Positions 60,501-64,000 of a stretch of DNA of 64,000 nucleotides are shown piece by piece. The notes beneath the pieces are model-generated. The model ran no database searches. It saw nothing but the letters and a program-made list of their open reading frames with translations, and had not been told where the DNA came from. A program made the translations under genes and the position numbers. This DNA is from Hormiphora californensis (taxonomy: Eukaryota; Animalia; Ctenophora). Each line of letters opens with the position of its first letter. Within the stretch, counting starts at the first letter, position 1. The stretch is from assembly GCA_020137815.1 (NCBI GenBank), contig CM035352.1:1550001-1614000 (forward strand), given 5' to 3'.

Positions 60501-61484
60501 AAATATTAACATCTTGGTGTAAAATTGAGGAAGTACAGCCAAATTTTATTGACATTAGTTACTGAATACCATGATAATATTGTTCTAAGAAGGCATACAT
60601 TTCAAAAAAATCGCCGTCTTGCTTAGATATAGTTCTATCTATTCATGACAAGTCTAGAGACAAATGGAAACCAAAAACGGAAACTAGAAGTGGTCTTAAA
60701 GTTTTTAGAAAAAACCCGGTCAAAATCGCATGTGTATTAGCTGAGATAATGACATATAAACAGGCTCGTGTTTACCTGTAATCTGTAATGCTGGTCTCCT
60801 CCTCTTACCCAAACCAATTAGTGGGTGTTAATATTTGGGACCCCATATCTTGAGAAGTAGAGGGAGTAGAGAGCTCGGACTTCGACACAATGTATTTATT
60901 CTCTCAGATGATGTCATTGAGCAATGTTTTATTAAAATTTGAGATGGTCGATTTGAATATGTCAGTATCCCTTTAATCAGTTTTTCTTCACCGGCGGTCG
61001 ATTCTGCGTGCGGGAGGGGGTCAGGTACACAGCCGTTTCACTGGAATTTGAGTCGCCTAAAGTATTTTACATCCCTTGTTATTGTATTGTTCTCAATATA
61101 TGCGACCTAACCTAAACACCCCCTTTCGCTTGGGGAGAGCCTGGTGTGAGCGGGTCGCCCGGTCTGATCGAACTACCTAGTCAATTGACCATTTCGTTCT
61201 TGCCGGGCGTACTCGTTTGCCCTGGGTGCTCCCCTTGAGAAGGATGGGACCTATTTCCACTCTAGCTCTAACCCTAACACACACGCCCCTTTCGCTTGGG
61301 GAGTGCCTGGTGTTAACGGGTCGCCCTTGGTATGAGGTGGGTACCAGCTCTAGATAATTTTAGTGTTCCTGCTCTGTCGGACCATTTCATGCCTGACAAG
61401 TGACAGTTCCTGCGACCTGATCTATTCCTTCACACATCTCAACTCCTTCCTGCAGAATTTATCGCCAACAAGCCTGTTATGTGA
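57538..61484 (+). CDS. Orphan secreted protein, ~177 aa, 5 exons
   Basis: Exons 57538-57583 (MILLLFCLAGTTVCD, signal-peptide-like), 58305-58440, 58568-58707, 58921-59103, 61456-61484 (stop TGA). All GT-AG, phases consistent (534 nt total); AATAAA at ~61657. The last exon is the least certain. Confidence 0.78.
57646..58282. mobile_element. 637-bp foldback element, Tc1/mariner-type ends (TA TSD)
   Basis: TA|CAGGGTGTTCATTTTGGATCTTTACAAGCG ... CGCTTGTAAAGATCCAAAATGAACACCGTG|TA, arms ~300 bp. Fills intron 57584-58304. Confidence 0.9.
59600..60972. mobile_element. Kolobok-like non-autonomous element (TTAA TSD) with ~300-bp imperfect arms and internal ~149-bp tandem repeats
   Basis: TTAA|AGGGATACTGACATGTTCAAA ... 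TTTGAATATGTCAGTATCCCT|TTAA. Inner IR ctctctactccctct..ttctcaagat / atcttgagaagtagagggagtagagag. About 2.6 tandem units ending gtgattcaacgtatcaaaattagt at ~59985-60370. Confidence 0.8.
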
Positions 61485-62988
61485 ATATCCCTTGGAACCA
61501 TGTATGTGTGTATGTTTTTGAATGTTTTTTATTTTCCTCACACGTCTAGTTTATCCGTCCGGTAAATTGGGGTGCGACATTAGTAGCTGTTTTAACAGGT
61601 CACGTTTCACAGATCTATAGTCTATACGATACATCACGATTCGTGCATTTGCTGTAATAAAATCAATTGGGGTTTCAAGGGGCATGCAACTTAGAGAGGA
61701 ATTCGCATTTAGAGCAGGGGCAGTTGCCATGGCAACCCCAAAATATATCAGTTATAATATGGCCACGAGAAAGCGATTCTCTATTTTCTACATTCATTTT
61801 ACTTTCCATTTTACTCTCTCTAGATATAGACTCTCTATTAGAGAGGTCTTTTGTTCATTCCCTTTCTAGACCTGCTGGGTTGCGTTATCATTATTATAGA
61901 GCACAATATTATTATTATTCAAGGGTAATATGAGCTTTTTGCGTTTCAAGATTCTTATCATTTCCATTTCCAGGAATACACTTTCATTATTCCATTCATT
62001 TAGAAGTGTTCATTTATGCAGGTGCTTTTTATGTCTCTTGCAGCTTTCCCTAACTTTTTATGTTCTAATTAATTGGCATAAAGATACTGTATACAACTGC
62101 AGTACTAGTCGTCTCCTTTGAATTCACTTTCATCTCCCACCCCGCAGCAGCATCATGTTCCACTCCAACTATCTTGTTGGTACGCCCCTTTTTACCCGCC
62201 TGAAGGACCGGCCCAGTAATAAACCATGTTATACGACATCCTGCCTCTCTCGACCCGCTACATGCAGCAGACCGGCAACTGCAAACACTCTCAAACGAGC
62301 CGTTACCAAAGGTAATTCTTTTTTATTTTAGAACATGTGTGCATTGGCATGGTATCATGGCTGTCATGGTCAAATTTGTTTCAAATCCCGCACTGTATGA
62401 AACGTTGTTTAGAAGTTAGAGATCTGTTGACTATTGAAGTTGTGTAACAACAAAGCTGCACAGTTCATAGCATGTTGGAGATGCCATGCTTGTGTGGACT
62501 GTTTAAACGGACATGAGACACAAATCTGAGGCGTGCAGTATATTTGTTTGGAGTGTTTTAGAGTTAGTCTCGAAAGCACATTACCGATCTGCGGTTGGAG
62601 CTTATAGTATAGTCCTTTCTAACAATCTCTCTTGCTTTCCATTTTTCTATCATCCAATTTTTTTCTATCATATTCTCAGTCATATTTTCTCTCTCTCTCT
62701 CTCACTCTCTCCCTTTCTCTTGTGCCGATGCTAAGCTGGTTAAAATACATGCACGTCAGTACTGGACAGTAGCAGTGCGATTAATTGTTTCTCACTTTCT
62801 CCCCCATCTCTCTATCGCTATCTTTTTCCCACTATCTTATAATGCTCCCTCTAAGCTGCTGGCAACTACATTCCTCTCAATGATCATGTTATCCAATTTC
62901 TCTGCAGTCGACCACTCACTGATCGTTATAGATTGTTTTTTATTTCAACTACTTCTGGCTAACCTTGCGTTTTCTGCTTACTGTGAAT

Positions 62989-63503
62989 ATGACTGACACC
63001 GAACAGAACTTCCGTAGCCGAAGAGTCCAGTTTGCGACACCCCGGGTCTCGATTGAGAGTGATCGGAGTGTCATGTCCAGTGGAGCCACATCCGGAGGGG
63101 GTGTTGAGTCACCTGCTGCCTGGAGACGAAACAGCACTGCCTCAATCGTATACAACCTGGAGCAGCAGAAGAGAAAGAAAAAGAAGTGTGCTAAATCGTG
63201 GACTAAGATAAGCCAGAAGATAGAGAGCAGGAGAAGAAAAGAGAGTCAGAGAGTGTTGTCTAGTTGCCGGGAGACCCACTTGCCAGCGCTGGATGTGGAC
63301 GCTGTAAAGCGTGCAACAAGTGCCATCAGGTCTCGTTCTACCGTCCCTCCGGTTCAGGATCCGACCGAGGATGTAGAGGTCCCACTTCGACCATCGACCG
63401 AGCTGAAAAACAGGCTCAGAGACTATAAATTACCGCTTAGTTATAATAACTTTATTGTGCGAGAGTTAGAGGTTCGGTTTAAGGGACCTGCATATTATTC
63501 AGG
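62989..63503 (+). CDS. First coding exon of an uncharacterised gene (low-complexity Ser/Arg/Lys-rich N-terminus); continues beyond the window
   Basis: Open frame MTDTEQNFRSRRVQFATPRVS..KRKKKK..PAYYS ending at GG|GTAAG. A possible alternative first exon lies at 62155-62311 (ATG..AAA G|GTAAT). Confidence 0.6.
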
Positions 63504-64000
63504 GTAAGCATTGTGTATATTTGAGATTGTGTATGCCATGCTATATAAAATATATTCCCAGATCACGGAGTGTTTTAAAATTAGAAACAAGAATATGTGA
63601 ATTCTTTAATCTTTTACGTAAGCCCTGATCCACCTTACTAAGTGAAAGCCTCACAAAAAATCTGAAGGCTACCCATAGTCGCTCAGTCTACTATGGTTTC
63701 TATTCACGTCCTTAGCTAAAAGAGGGTCGAACATCGGGTTTGGGACTAGACGAGGGTCTTTTTACACTTGTTAAAGCGTCGAGGCTTATTTCACAGAAAC
63801 TGCAACACACAATTGTCTCTCGAACCCTTTGGAGAAGCATCGCGTTGGAAGCTTGCAAGAGAGGTTTTAGAATTTAGGGAATACCACTTTAAAATTTGTC
63901 ATTAAATTTTCCTAGAGCTGTACCTTTCTTTCTGGAAAAGAGGGAAAATGAAAGAACGGACCATCCCCTACCCCGAAAGAAAAAATAAATCGGCGTTAAA

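Overview
Eukaryotic (animal) genomic DNA with GT-AG spliced genes, microsatellites and very many inverted-repeat transposons. The repeat families and gene nesting suggest a ctenophore, possibly Pleurobrachia; that assignment is an inference. Genes readable by hand: two tandem stand-alone PH+Btk-zinc-finger genes (- strand, 1-3.2 kb); the C-terminal ~20 exons of a DOCK-C (DOCK6/7/8-like) GEF (+, 7.2-19.5 kb); a 12-exon homogentisate 1,2-dioxygenase gene (HGD, +, 25.1-48.7 kb) with two antisense genes in its introns (a multi-TM ORF and a 3-exon class-A-like GPCR); a 5-exon orphan secreted protein (57.5-61.5 kb); and the first exon of an unknown gene at the right edge. The window holds at least 10 large non-coding foldback/TIR elements with TSDs typical of different superfamilies (TTA, 4 bp with CAC..GTG ends, TA, TTAA, 8 bp), often one per intron, plus small MITEs and four CR1/L2-group LINE copies. 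Positions ~36.5-45.4 kb are homopolymer-corrupted and include a degraded second copy of the HGD 3' half. This is most likely an unpolished second haplotype, and it shows the empty site for a LINE and a foldback insertion. No prokaryotic, CRISPR, rRNA or tRNA features are supported. All coordinates and translations were done by eye; no searches were run.
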